Positions 43,711 to 57,704 of a DNA stretch of 64,000 nt are shown here, piece by piece (the first letter of the stretch is position 1; each line of letters starts with the position of its first letter). Both the position numbers and the translations under genes were made by a program. The notes under the pieces are model-generated. The model saw only the letters and a program-made list of their open reading frames with translations, was not told where the DNA came from and did no database searches. The stretch comes from Eledone cirrhosa (lineage: Eukaryota), in the NCBI GenBank assembly GCA_964016885.1, contig OZ024741.1, positions 151,280,001-151,344,000 on the forward strand. Direction: 5' to 3'.

Positions 43711-43753
43711 ACGGTGCTGATGATAGCTAACAAGCTTGAAACTAGTACATCGT
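43711..43753 (+). ncRNA. Minimal HHR, inverted array unit
   Basis: acggtg-CTGATGA-t AGCT aaca AGCT t-GAA-ACTAGT-A-catcgt; predicted cleavage after 43747. Confidence 0.88.
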
Positions 43754-43903
43754 TCCTGTGTCAGTGTTGAACAAAAAGGTGACGTGGTTGCCTTAACACC
43801 GTATGGCATAAATTCAGGCTGTTCAGTTTGTTTACAAACGAACAAAGCGGCGTTATAATAAGCGTCCGCTAAACTGATGCGTGCATATATGTATGTGTAC
43901 CTG

Positions 43904-43979
<76 letters not shown>

Positions 43980-44029
43980 TACTACTGTACGTCTGTATGC
44001 ATATATGTATGTACGTATACATACATACT

Positions 44030-44081
<52 letters not shown>

Positions 44082-44084
<3 letters not shown>

Positions 44085-44175
44085 AAAGGAGAACAAGGAC
44101 GATTGATTACTCCTTCATTGCATTTATTGATAGATGACGCGCGTTTCGCCACTGATCAGCTCAAAGTTCGATTCC
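44082..44175 (-). mobile_element. PLE-like tail family N with HHR 3' half
   Basis: Reverse complement gcGAAACGCGCGTC...aataaa. Homologous to 62055-62320 and the decayed copy at 45490-45615. Confidence 0.6.
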
Positions 44176-44255
44176 TAGTCACACCCCCTGGATATATATA
44201 TATATATACATAGAGAGAGAGAAACGCATACATGAACACACATATTCATTTACAC

Positions 44256-44301
<46 letters not shown>

Positions 44302-44518
44302 GTGTGAATGAATATGTGTGTGTTCATATATATATATATATGTGTGAATGAATATGTGAGTGTTCGAGTATGCGTTTCTTTCCTAGTGGGGTGTACTTTC
44401 TTGGGTAAACTACTCTATTTCAAGTTGCTCTACTTAACTCACCTGGCAAAATGCACTGCACCTATAACTCAAAGGGGAAGCCTTGTGAAACTTGTGTCAT
44501 GCTGAATATCCATTAATG

Positions 44519-44591
<73 letters not shown>

Positions 44592-44718
44592 TGTGTGTCT
44601 TTATGTCTGTGTGTTTGTACAACAATGTCACAGTGTAATATAGCTGTATTCCTTGAGAATAGAAGTAATGAGAAAAATGAAAGCAAATTAATAAAGCCTC
44701 TATTTACCAGCGTGGTAT

Positions 44719-44782
<64 letters not shown>

Positions 44783-44816
44783 GTGTGTGTGTGTGCTTGA
44801 GTGTGTGTTTGTGCTC

Positions 44817-44922
<106 letters not shown>

Positions 44923-45627
44923 GACAAACCCTGTAGTCCTTTCAATGCTATTGATCTAACGTTGACTCTGTGTAGTTTCGTTATAGAATCGCTCTATGAT
45001 GTTATATAAAAAGAGAATGTGAGAGAGAGAGAGGGAAAGAGAAAGAGAGAGAGAGGGAGAGAAGGAGAGAGACAGAGCGAGAGCGAGATAGAGAGAGAAA
45101 GAAAGAAAGAAGGAAAGAGAGAGAGAGAGAGAAAGTGAGAAAGATGCATAAATATAGTGGAGATACGCAAATATATAAGCACTTGTGCACAGGCACATGC
45201 AGATATATATTGGTAATACAGAAATATATCACACATGTGTGCGTGCGCGCGCGTGCGTGTGTGTGTGTGTATGTGTGTGTGTATGTTTGTGTGTGTGTAG
45301 TGTATAAATGTGTAACGTTTACTTGTTATTAGTTACCTGGTTTGACCACTCAATGCCAGTGCGTGGACCAGTTGCCAATGTGATTTTCTACGTTTGGTAT
45401 TACACCGTAGTAGGAATCTTTAAGAGGCAGATCGGTCACAATGCATAAGAAGGATGTATCAATATAGCATCATTATGTTTATACATATACACATGTCTGA
45501 TGAGCTATCGATTCCAAAGTCGGGCCCCATCGATGCCGATCTTACCTTGAGCTGATTGATCGTGAAACACGAGAATAAACATAATGAAGCTATATTGATA
45601 GCTCTTTCCTATTGCCTATATACATAC

Positions 45628-45699
<72 letters not shown>

Positions 45700-45712
45700 G
45701 TATGTATATATG

Positions 45713-45759
<47 letters not shown>

Positions 45760-46117
45760 CTGTGTGTGTGTGTGTATAAATATATATATATATTTGAAAA
45801 GGAAATAAGGTTCTACACAAAACAGACGTCATAGAGAAAAAGTGGAATTGGAACAGCGCGGAGTATATTTAAAAAATCTGCTTTGCTTTTTTTCTTCTTT
45901 GATCTGTCAAAGTTACACTATTGAAAAAATGAGACAAACAATTTTTTTTTTTGAAAGGAGTTTTATAATGTATATAAAATATATAAAATATAACCAGTTT
46001 CAAATTATCTGTGTAATCCATCTTATCACATGTTGCATATTACAATTAAAAAGAATTAAAAATTTAAAATCGAACTCACAAACTCTCAATTGCAAATCCC
46101 TAAACCATGCGCCTTCG

Positions 46118-46148
<31 letters not shown>

Positions 46149-46150
46149 TC

Positions 46151-46182
<32 letters not shown>

Positions 46183-46243
46183 AAGAGAGATAGATAGATA
46201 AATATACACGGGTGTGTATGATTGTGTATAGAAGATTGTATTA

Positions 46244-46624
46244 ATAAGAGGAATTCCAAGTTTGTCTGATTTACTCGTTTTATTTACAATCCTTTAAAAT
46301 TTATAATGGTATTATAATGAAATAGTATGATAGAATATTAAATTCTAAGTGTTAATTGAACATGTACTTTCATGCTTTCGGAATCTCCAGGTTCATAATA
46401 TGTGGTGACAGTGAAGTTTGCAATTTTCACAGTTGAAAATTGCATTGCAAACTTGACTGTCACCACATATTATGAACCTGAAGATTGCGAAAGCATGAAA
46501 GTACATATTCAATTAACACTTGGAATTTAATATTCTATCATACTATTTCATTATAATACCATTATAAATTTTAAAGGATTGTAAATAAAACGAGTAAATA
46601 AGACAAAGTTGGAATTCCTCTTAT

Positions 46625-46625
<1 letters not shown>
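46244..46625. mobile_element. ~380-bp palindromic PLE-like element with degenerate HHR (46473-46511)
   Basis: Centre ~46432; tgaac-CTGAAGA-t tgc gaaa gca t-GAAAGTAC; cleavage triplet is degenerate. Confidence 0.65.
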
Positions 46626-46677
<52 letters not shown>

Positions 46678-46725
46678 GTGTGTGTGTATGTATTTATATA
46701 TATATATATATATCTATCTATCTAT

Positions 46726-46987
46726 CTAAGGCGGGTAAAATTCCCGAGATCCATGGACGAGTTCTCTCCAGCGGTCTCTGTCCCTCATTATCGCTGCCAT
46801 ATCCTGCATCTCCAACAGACCAGTGTCTGTCCTTAGGGCATCAACATATGTTAACCTTGGTCTTCCTCTTCTAGTGTGTCCATGTAGGGGCTCCCAAAGG
46901 AGCACTGAGTGCAATGTCAACTCTGGATGTCGGTGAGCATGTCCAGCCAACCTCAGTCTCCTCTGTGTCACTTTTGAGCTGACTTTT

Positions 46988-46990
<3 letters not shown>
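46726..46990 (-). mobile_element. RTE-clade LINE 3' end with (TAGA)n tail
   Basis: QRRLRLAGH..LLWEP..RRGRPRLTYVD..RDRDRWRELV is the typical RTE ORF C-terminus. Confidence 0.85.
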
Positions 46991-47029
<39 letters not shown>

Positions 47030-47209
47030 ATAAATTAACAGAGAAAGCTTTAAGCGATACTCTGACCAACTCCATCTCACTCAACAAACATTAGGATATA
47101 CCTAAGTATAATCCCAATTTAGTGTTTGGGGTGCTAACTATACAGTATTCCGTGGAGAGCTGGTTGTATTATTTTATCTGAGATATAATGAAATAAATCT
47201 CTCTTTCCT

Positions 47210-47332
47210 TCCATACGATCGTTTCGTTATAATATTTCTACAATTTGGGATAAATAATGTCCAGGTTATGTAGAAACTTGTATATAATCCAAAGATATAC
47301 ACACAAGCGGGCCCTTATAACTCATCAGTGGA
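47210..47332 (-). ncRNA. Canonical-core hammerhead with ~95-nt stem II domain
   Basis: Reverse complement: tcca-CTGATGA-gttataa...ttataac-GAAACGATCGTA-tgga. Confidence 0.8.
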
Positions 47333-47791
47333 TGCCCATGCAATATCGATATAAAAAATTACATCGATATTAATAATTAGTGATGGTCTCCGTCAGTGCT
47401 AGAAGGACAGCTAGATTTGAAAAGCCAGTAGTCCTTCAAAAAGACAATTCACACTGTCCCCAAAAAGGAAAGGGGAGGTCATCGTAAAATATAAAATAAT
47501 ATACACGCTGGTCATTGAAGCCTGTTAGGTATTTTAACCACGTGTTTAAGAACTTAATTGGATATTAAAAAAATAAATATATGTATGTAGCATCTATACA
47601 CACATAGAGATATTAAAAAAATAATAATAAATATATGTACGCACTATCTATATATATATACATATATTAAGTAGTTCAATAGATTTGTGATTTACTGAGG
47701 AGGGTACAAAAGTGAGCATTCTATGCCATGGTATAGTATATATATTTTTAAAAATCAAGGTTTCACATTGAGGTCTTTATATATTATTCAC

Positions 47792-47875
47792 AGTTACGAC
47801 CGTTTCACAGATAGGTCACTCAGGATCCATATTAATGTTATAGATCCGACTCCAGCCCAACCTGCTTATCAGACT
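47792..47875 (-). ncRNA. Hammerhead, G8A variant, extended stem II
   Basis: Reverse complement: agt-CTGATAA-gcaggt...atctgt-GAAACGGTCGTA-act. Confidence 0.6.
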
Positions 47876-47913
47876 TTTTTCTATCAAACCCAAATCTTAT
47901 CGTATTGTTCTAA

Positions 47914-47962
<49 letters not shown>

Positions 47963-47963
<1 letters not shown>

Positions 47964-48298
47964 GAAGTAATTCCATCGGAAAAGTCCAGGAAAAAAGAGT
48001 GCTCTATGTAGGCAACAGAGCTTAATTATTATTATTATGTAATAAACAACATAAGGCAATTATTCCATTTACCAGTGGTTTCTTAAAAGCAAAAGGTTTT
48101 GCTTTCAATCCTCATAATGAAAAAATCCTGGTTTGTTTATTGAATTTGGATTTTAAAAAACCCAAGGTTTTTTAAGATCCAAATTCAATAAACAAACCAG
48201 GATTTTTTCATTATGAGGATTGAAAGCAAAACCTTTTGCTTTTAAGAAACCACTGGTAAATGGAATAATTGCCTTATGTTGTTTATTACATAATCATT
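47963..48298. mobile_element. Family C-related fold-back element with HHR-like fold in both arms (48207-48264, +)
   Basis: Palindrome centred at ~48163; ttcatt-ATGAGGA-ttgaaagcaaaa cc ttttgcttttaa-GAAACCACTGGTA-aatgga (C3A). Confidence 0.7.
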
Positions 48299-48792
48299 AT
48301 ATATATATACATAAATGTACATATGTATGCCTGTGTATCTAGAAGAAGAAGAAGAAGAAGAAGAAGAAGAAGAAGAAGAAGAAGAAGAAGAAGAAGAAGA
48401 AGAAGAAGAAGAAGAAGAAGAAGAAGATAATGGGGGGTGAAAGATTGAATAAGAAGGGGAAGGCATAGTGTCGGAGAAGGATTTTCAGCATGCATCACTG
48501 GGTGTGATTCTTCTAAAGTAAATATATTTTTATATATGTTTATTGTTTGTAGCACACTTGTGCGTTAACACACACTGTCTCTCTTATATTTGTATACAGA
48601 TACATATCCATACACACTGTTGTATGGATATATAGAAACAATAATGCCCACCCACGAAATGCACCCTATCTGTAAACACATAACAAAAACCATGATACAC
48701 TTGGACTCTCCACCTCGGCCCCCACTCCTTAATGTTGCAACAACCACTTACCATCCTCAGCCTTTTTAAAAACGTTATTATATATATGTATG

Positions 48793-48849
<57 letters not shown>

Positions 48850-48850
48850 T

Positions 48851-48983
<133 letters not shown>

Positions 48984-49006
48984 ATATATATATATATATG
49001 TATGTG

Positions 49007-49049
<43 letters not shown>

Positions 49050-49878
49050 GGTAAACATTGATACAATTCAATTCAAGCACTCAACGTACTTTTTCCACAT
49101 AGGAGTGACGGAGTAAATATCGAATAAGGAAAAGCGAAGTAGTTTCAGATGTTCAATATTTATACCCTACAAATGAGAACATGCGAAAACGTAATAGAAT
49201 CAATAGAGAGGGTGTGAGTAAGAAAAAGATTGCTTCAATGTAACAGTTATAGAGTTATTAATGTTTGAAATACTACTGTAGGACTATAAAGGAAGACTAT
49301 AGATATCTGGAGTTATAGGTTTTTTAGTTTTTAGTTTGAGAATGCAACTGATAGATAATTAAAGAGAGAGAGATAAAGGGAGTAATTTATGCACAAATAT
49401 TCTTCAGACACATATAAACATACATAGTCTTGGCGGTTAAGTTTCAAAATATTTAATTTATGGTATTTTAGGGTAACGAATCAAAATTATAGGTTTTAAA
49501 GGTTGATGGTTATTCGTGTTATAAATTTTATAAATTTTATAAATGTGTTACATTTCTAAAATTCAAAGTTTTATGAAATCAAATTTAAAGGATTTACTAG
49601 GCCCGCGAAAGAAAAATATATACTGTTCAATAGTCACGCAAAGGTAATCTTTAACAATAATTACTTGTAACAGTGTCAACATTTTCCATATGTATAGTTT
49701 ATGAAGTATTTACAGTTATAATTATCAAGGAATTAATTGTTAAATAGTTATAGTGTCTAAGGTATAACAATTAAACCAAAGTTTTCATCAGTAAATATAT
49801 ATATATATATGTGTGTGCATTGATCTTAATAAGAGGACTATAAATTATTATTTTTATTATCTATTCATATATTAAATA

Positions 49879-51093
49879 CTAGCAGTAAAGCCCGGCGTTG
49901 CTCGGGGTCGCTCAGTAGCTGTGTTAAAGTTACAATGTTAAGTTTCTTTTTTGGCTTAAAAACTGTAGTGTCTACTGTGCAGACTTGCATGTGGTGTTTT
50001 TGATTAATATTCCCTCAACCAACAATATGCCTTATGAAGTTAAGAAAACATAACGATAACCCGAATTAAAGTAAATTCAGCCTTATAAGACCGTAAAATT
50101 AATTTAAACGTTTAATAGGGAAAGTTTGCTAACCGTCGTAATAAAAAAATAAATATCAATAACTTACGAAGTAATGAACTCGCCGAACTTTTAAAGCGTT
50201 GTAGCATACAAAGGCAGTACAGTGCAAATGAAGCTATTAAACAAACTGGAGATTCCAATTCACTCTACTAAAGATTTACTTAATCGTCTGCACATTCGCT
50301 AATCGTCTGCTCATTCCATAAAAGGGAAATAATCGCCTATATCACCTCTCTGCTTGACTATCTGTCTGCACGCCTATATCACCTCTCTGCATGACTGTCT
50401 GTCTGCACGCCTATATCACCTCTCTGCACGACTATCTGTCTGCACGCGTATATCACCTCTCTGCACGACTGTCTGTCTGCACGACTGTCTGTCTGCACGA
50501 CTGTCTGTCTGCACGCCTAACGAAATTTACAGATACATATATTTTAAATAAACTTATATAATTTTTGCTTTTTTTTACGAAATATTTGCTTGTTTTACGT
50601 AGTCTTTAAATAGACTTGTTTTCAAGTAAAAATATTGTTTTAAAAGGCTTTTAAATGGAAATGAAGCAAAACGGAAGCTTAGTGTTCGAACTGATGAATT
50701 TTGCAGGTCAAAATTTTGCTGGCTCGACAACTGTTCGTGTATTGTGTTAATGTCATTTTAAACGCTAAGAAAGCCAGCGTAATTTTTTTAATTTTTGCCA
50801 GCGTAATTTTTTTAATTTTTGCACGCAGAAAATGTAAACAGAACGTAAGACGCTACGCTGAATGTAAACAGAACAAAGGGAAATAACTGATCACTTACGC
50901 TCAAAAATCGATACATTATATTCGATTTCGTCAGATAGGGCGGGTCAATTTGAAATATTTTTTTTCCGATGTCTTCGCTAGGGCTCAATGTACAAGTATA
51001 GCAATTTCGGTGCAATTCCGTGAGAGATTCTAAGAGGAGATGTGTGCCAAAAATCGATAGACAGACAGACAACCTCAGTTTTATATATATAGA
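49879..51093 (-). mobile_element. Non-autonomous Helitron
   Basis: 5' TC at 51093, 3' hairpin cccgagcaacgccggg then CTAG at 49882-49879, inserted between A and T; internal minisatellite 50330-50520. Confidence 0.85.
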
Positions 51094-51236
51094 TTAGATC
51101 ATTACATTAGATCAGCCTTCTAGGGAAGAACCGAACTCTAATTATGATTATGTCAATATACAATATAAATATATATATATTTGGACAAGCTATATATATA
51201 GAGTTATACCAAACTAAAATTATGAATGTGTTATTA

Positions 51237-52391
51237 TCTATATATATAAAGCTGTGGTTGTCTGTCTGTCTATCGATTTTTGGCACACATCTCCTCTTAG
51301 AATCTCTGACGGAATTGCACCGAAATTGCTATACTTGTACATTGAGCCCTAGCGAAGACATCGGAAAAAAAAATTTCAAATTGACCCACCCTATGTGACG
51401 AAATCGAATCTAATGTATCGATTTTTGAGCGTAAGTGACGAGTTATTTCCCTGTGTTCTATATATATAAAGCTGTGGTTGTCTGTCTGTCTATCGATTTT
51501 TGGCACACATCTCCTCTTAGAATCTCTGACGGAATTGCACCGAAATTGCTATACATGTACATTGAGCCCTAGCGAAGACATCGGAAACAAATATTTCAAA
51601 TTGACCCACCCTATGTGACGAAATCGAATCTAATGTATCGATTTTTGAGCGTAAGTGACGATTTATTTCCCTTTGTTCTGTTTACATTGAGCGTCTGCGT
51701 GCAAAAATTAAAAAAATTACGCTGGCTTTCTCAGCGTTTAAAATGACATTAACACAATACACGAACAGTTGTCGAGCCAGCAAAATTTTGACCTGCAAAA
51801 TTCATCAGTTCGAACACTAAGCTTCCGTTTTGCTTCATTTCCATTTAAAAGCCTTTTAAAACAATATTTTTACTTGAAAACAAGTCTATTTAAAGACTAC
51901 GTAAAACAAGCAAATATTTCGTAAAAAAAGCAAAAATTATATAAGTTTATTTAAAATATATGTATCTGTAAATTTCGTTAGGCGTGCAGACAGACAGTCG
52001 TGCAGACAGACAGTCGTGCAGAGAGGTGATATACGCGTGCAGACAGACAGTCGTGCAGAGAGGTGATATAGGCGTGCAGACAGACATAACTGATAATTTG
52101 GTTACGCTAATGTTTTTCTCTGCGTTGCAGTGTTTACATTTTCGATCTTTGTTAATAAATAACCAGTGCAGTTTTTATCCCCAGCATCCTCTTTTGTTAT
52201 AACATTCGGGTTATCGTTATGTTTTCTTAACTTCATAAGGCATATTGTTGGTTGAGGGAATATTAATCAAAAACACCACATGCAAGTCTGCACAGTAGAC
52301 ACTACAGTTTTTAAGCCAAAAAAGAAACTTAACATTGTAACTTTAACACAGCTACTGAGCGACCCCGAGCAACGCCGGGCTTTACTGCTAG
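51237..52391 (+). mobile_element. Non-autonomous Helitron with a duplicated 5' end (51237-51456 repeated from 51457)
   Basis: a|TCtatatatataaagctg...cccgagcaacgccgggctttactgCTAG|t. Confidence 0.85.
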
Positions 52392-53182
52392 TACATTATA
52401 AACGTATTTGCACAAAACTATATACAGAGATATACCGAAATCTAGCTATGATTATGTTATTATACAATATAAACATATTTGCACCAACTACGTATAGAGA
52501 GATATACTAAGTATTAATGAGACAGTATACATTTAGTAAAGGATAACGGTTATAATCTTAGATAATAGATTCATACATGCATAACTATAAAATACATAGA
52601 TATATAAAAAAAATGTAAACGCATGAATGATCCACAGTTCAAAATAAGGTCAGTAAAAATTTAGAGGTTAGATATCAAAACTATATTTAAAACAGAGATA
52701 GAAAAATAAAGGTCTGGATCAAAGTCAATAATATCAAAAAGCCATAGGTTATGTATATCAACATGCCAACATGTTCTTAAACAAGTGTCATTCATTCAAA
52801 CGTTGTTTCCATTATAAATGATTAGAAGATAAATCATTATTAAAGTGTCATAAGCCATTATGATTTTATATTTTCAACAATTGATGATGTACGTCTAAAA
52901 CCCAGGCTTATATATATATACATATATACATATATTTGTACAGGTTGCCACCTGTTTATAGTCGATCGTTTGCTAGAACTCAATGTAGTTTTGAAGAGAT
53001 GGTTTCAGCGAGATTGACCAGAGACTATAGTCTTGCCGAGGGTTGATATGTGCTGTCAATAACATCTGATCACACACCCATTATAAGGCATTAGTTTAAA
53101 GTCAGCAATCAAGCTCGGGTGATATCCATTCATTTTGTTGGCTGACACCAGCGCTGCATGACGTTCAATCTATGTGAAATAA

Positions 53183-53590
53183 TGATTTCCACTATAGGTA
53201 CAAGGCCAGCAATTTGAGGGAGAGAAAAGTGGATTGAATCGATCCCAGTGTATTACTGGTACTTTATTTTATCGACCCCGTAAGGATCAAAGGCAAAACT
53301 AACCTCGGTGGGATTTGAAATCAGAACGTAAATGGCCGTAACTCTATGTCACGAAGCATGGTGTTCGGCGCTCTACCGATACTGCCAACCCATGTGAAAT
53401 AATGGCCAGCAATTTTGGGCGAGGGAAAAGTCGATTAAATCGACCCCAGTCCGTGACTGGTACTTTATTTTAACGACCCAGTAAGGATGAAAGTCAAAGT
53501 TAACCTCCGCGAGATTTGAACTCAGATCATAAAGGGCCGTAACTCTATGCTACAACGCATGGAGTCCGATCCTCTACCGATACTGCTAAT
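53183..53590 (-). mobile_element. Two tandem SINE copies (major family)
   Basis: Full domain structure twice, with catgtgaaataat-like sequence at the junctions. Confidence 0.85.
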
Positions 53591-54120
53591 TCATGTGAAA
53601 TAATAAGACAATAAAGGGATACATTATAAATATATTATAACATATAACAAATAACGTAATACAATATATATAAATATATGTTGTTTTATATATATTGTAT
53701 ATACCGTATTATGTGGCTCCCTATTAACTCCATTTAAGTTTTCTGGTTTGTTTTAGGGACCTTTAGAGTATGCGTGTGAGCGGAGTGTATGTTTATGTGT
53801 GTGGGTGTGGGTGTTCATTTGCATATCTCATACTTATACCATTAAGCAATTTATCTTATCTTGATTTACACTTATATTTTTTTTATCTACATTCTTTTAT
53901 TTACACTTTATTCCTTTTTATCCGTGAAGATATTTTTAGTTTTTGTTTTATTGTTGTTGTTTTTACTTATCTCTATCCTTATTATATTTTATCCTTATAT
54001 CTATTTTCATTTTATTTAGAATTTCATTATATACGTAAATTCTTCGTGTGTGCCTTTTTATTTGTAAATTCACCCGATCCGATTAGTAATAACACCGCAT
54101 ATTTTTATATTTCGTATATC

Positions 54121-54409
54121 TCTCTATATATAAAACGGTAGATGTCTGTCTGTGGGTGTGTATGATTTTTATGCATTTCAACATTTCTCTACCGATTTTG
54201 ATGATTTTTTTCCAATGTGCTCCAAATTTACCAAGTCAGGTCAACGCGTAATAATCTTTGTCAAAAATGTCCTGCTTCTATGGAAAAAAATCGATAAATC
54301 TAAATACATGCTGTAACCCTCTCTCTTACACGCTTCATTCCTCTCACTACTACCATCAAAATTCTATGAAACTACATACATGTTGCAACTCTGTCTATAT
54401 ATATATATA

Positions 54410-54473
<64 letters not shown>

Positions 54474-54664
54474 ACACACATATCCATCTAAAGAGAGAAA
54501 GGGAGATGTAGAGACAGAGAGTGAGATAGGTCGTTATACAGAGAGAGGTACAAGATAATCAGATAGAGAGAGGGAGAGAAAATGGCGACGAACGCTGGTT
54601 CACACACATACACCCACACAGACAAACACATATATATATAAAGACAAAGAGAAAGAGAGAGAGC

Positions 54665-54695
<31 letters not shown>

Positions 54696-56347
54696 ACGTT
54701 CTTTATTGTTCTCCATTCTGTAGAAGTAGAGACAGATAGGGGGTATGAGTGAGAGAGAGAAAGAAAGAGAGAGAAAAAAGGGAGAAGGGGTTGAGAAAGA
54801 AAGAAAGTTTAAGCAGCATTAACGGGATCTTCTGAAACTAATAAATTCAATCTGTGAACGCAGAATTAAATATTTCGAGAAACATTGCAACCGAAGGAAA
54901 ACAGGAAGATGATATTTTGGTTCGTGAAGACGTTCCCTGGCAATGAACGGAAAAAAACGAGGATAATACGTCGTTATGTGGAGCGTAAAGAACAATTTCA
55001 TGCAAAGACGAGACCATGTATATGGTATAAATGGAGTCGTTAGACTAATATGTTATTTAAAATAACCGAATGATTTCCAGCACCGGAGTTTAAGAATGAT
55101 GTAAATAAAATTGTAAACAAAAATGACAGAGGTTATTAAAATAGTTGTTTCTACTTTTGGCACAAGGCCAGCAATTACCCAGAACATTACTGGTACTTTA
55201 TTTTATCAACCCCGTAAGGATGAAAGGCAAAGTTAACCTCGACGGGATTTTAACTTTGCCTTAAAATAGTAAAAGTAAATAGTGAAGATTTAGGCCAGTA
55301 CATACGTATGCGCCGACGAAAATACTCATACATATACATACGCACACACAAATACATACACACACACATACACACACACGCACGCGTGTGTGTGTGTAAA
55401 CCTTATACATTTCTAGAGTATTTTCACCAAACTTAAGACATATGTTACTTATGTACTCCGGATGGTCATGGGCACTTTCATTTTTCCAGATATTGATTAT
55501 AGGGTTTCTCGACAGATAACCCCCTTCAACCACTTCCTTGCAGTTGACTGAAGCACTGCAGTGCAATGCAACAAAACGTCATAACTTCTGGAGTTCGCAA
55601 CCGATTTTCACAAAATTTGACACATGGGCTACGTTTTTTTACAGATGAATGTGAAAGGAACTTAACATTGTAACTTTAACACAGCTACTGAGCAGCCCGA
55701 GCAATGCCGGGCTTTGCTGCTATAGGCGATAAAGTTGTGCAGACAGACAGTCGTGCAGAGAGGTGATATAGGCGATAAGGTTGTGCAGACAGACAGTCGT
55801 GCAGAGAGGTGAAGTAGGCGATAAAGTTGTGAAGACAGACAGTCGGGCTGATGGACAATGGAGGCATGCAGACTGACAGTCGTGCAGAGAGGTGATATAG
55901 GGGATAAAGTTGTGAAGACAGACAGTCGTGCAGAGAGGTGATATAGGCGATAAAGTTGTGCAGACGGACAGTCGTGCAGGGAGGTGATAGGCGATAAAAT
56001 TGCATTCATGTCCATCCAATTTCTTTGTTTCAAAATAACTGATATTTTGGTTACACTGATGTTTTTCTCTGAGAAAAGTGTTGCAGTGTTTACATTTTCG
56101 ATTTTTGTTAATAGATTACCAGTGCAGTTTTTATCCCTAGCATCCTCTTTTGTTTTAACATTCGAGTTATGGTTATGTTTTCTTAACTTTATAAGGCATA
56201 CTGTTGGTTGAGGGAATATTAATCAAAAGTACCACATGAAAGTCTACACTGTAGACTCTGCAGTTTTTAAGCCAAGAAAGGAACTTAACATTGTAACTTT
56301 AACACAGCTACTGAGCAGCCCCGAGCAACGCCGGGCTTTACTGCTAG
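54121..56347 (+). mobile_element. Composite Helitron with an internal decayed 3' terminus, ~46-bp minisatellite and nested SINE (55145-55255)
   Basis: 5' tctatatataaaacggtagatgtctgtctg; first terminus copy 55660-55724 ends CTAT; final CTAG at 56344-56347. Linking this 5' end to that 3' end is inferred. Confidence 0.6.
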
Positions 56348-56994
56348 TTTCATATATAGTTACTGCAATTAATGAAGAAATGATAGGTGAAATAATTAAA
56401 ACCCACCAGCAGGTTTATACTCTGTTCAAAGAATTGTCATTACCGGATTAAATTTTGTCAGTAATACATTTATGGAAGCAAATATTTGTTAATGGTTATT
56501 GATGCTGGATCATTTTGAATGCAACATAACGGATAATTTAACTATGTTAAAAGTGAGAATGAACCTTCTTTTGGGATTTGGCAGATTCATTCAGCTAAGC
56601 ACGTGCCTCGCGGTTGAGATAAGCTGAATGAAAACTTCCTTTGGTCAATTCGATTCTGTAACAACAGATACAAGGTGTAAACTGAAAGATGGTTTGCGGC
56701 AGTAATTATTATGAAAGCTTCAAAATGGCTTGTGGTTGTAATAGAGGCGATAGTTACAAATGTCTTGTGACAGTAATTTAAACTATGATAGCTTGTACTT
56801 GTAAATTATTCATATGTTCATATGTCCAATGGTCATGAGCCTTTTACCCTAGTTAAAGTTGGTTAGTCCGTGTAAAGAAAACGATAGATGCGGGATTGTA
56901 TAAGATGAAATAGGTTGTGTTATGCTGATCGATACTTGGTCTCCATGGTTGTTCTATATAGTTGTTGGTAAAAAGCGTACAGATATCAAGTGGC

Positions 56995-57187
56995 TTCTTC
57001 TTGTTCTTCTTCTTCTTCTTCTTCTTCTTCTTCTTCTTCTTCTTCTTCTTCTTCTTCTTCTTCTTTTCCATTTTCTTCTTCTTCTTCTTCTTCTTCTTCT
57101 TCTTCTTCTTCTTCTTCTTCTTCTTCTTCTTCTTCTTCTTCTTCTTCTTCTTCTTCTTCTTCTTCTTCTTCTTCTTCTTCTTCTTCC
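56995..57187. repeat. (TTC)n microsatellite
   Basis: About 60 units with two interruptions. Confidence 0.95.
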
Positions 57188-57700
57188 AGAGAGTGTCATG
57201 GCGGCAGAGTCCTTAAAACTCCTTCTGGCGGGTCCTGTCCTTCAGAAGGAGTGTTTGACCCACTGGTTCACTGTCCTTTGCACACATTCACTTCTCTCTA
57301 CCAGGTGTTGCAAGGCCGTTATCTTAAGTTTTCTTAGAGTTGTCTGGAATGTATATACTTAACACACGCTGATGAACCTAAGTGTATTCATTCCATTCAC
57401 TAATTTTTTGGCGAAACAAATCTCTTTGGGTTTGTACCTGTGTGATATATAGTTATAAAGTGGGTTAATTCAATTTGATTTATATTTTTAATTATTATGT
57501 GTCTACCTCATCTTTCGTAGTTTATAGATTTCATACACTCGTGGTTTTCCCTGTACATTGATAAACACACACTCTCTCTCTCGTGTATTATTTTTCTACA
57601 TATTGTATTTGAAGAGACGAGGATTACTTTTCCTTTGAGCACATAATTTACAGGGACTAACGCGAGTCTATGACTTCGTTAATTTATTTTGATATATATA
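57185..57700 (+). mobile_element. PLE-like family B copy with HHR 57362-57444
   Basis: CTGATGA at 57369; GAAACAAATC..GGTTTGTA stem III; homologous to 3300-3870. Confidence 0.65.
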
Positions 57701-57704
57701 ACAC

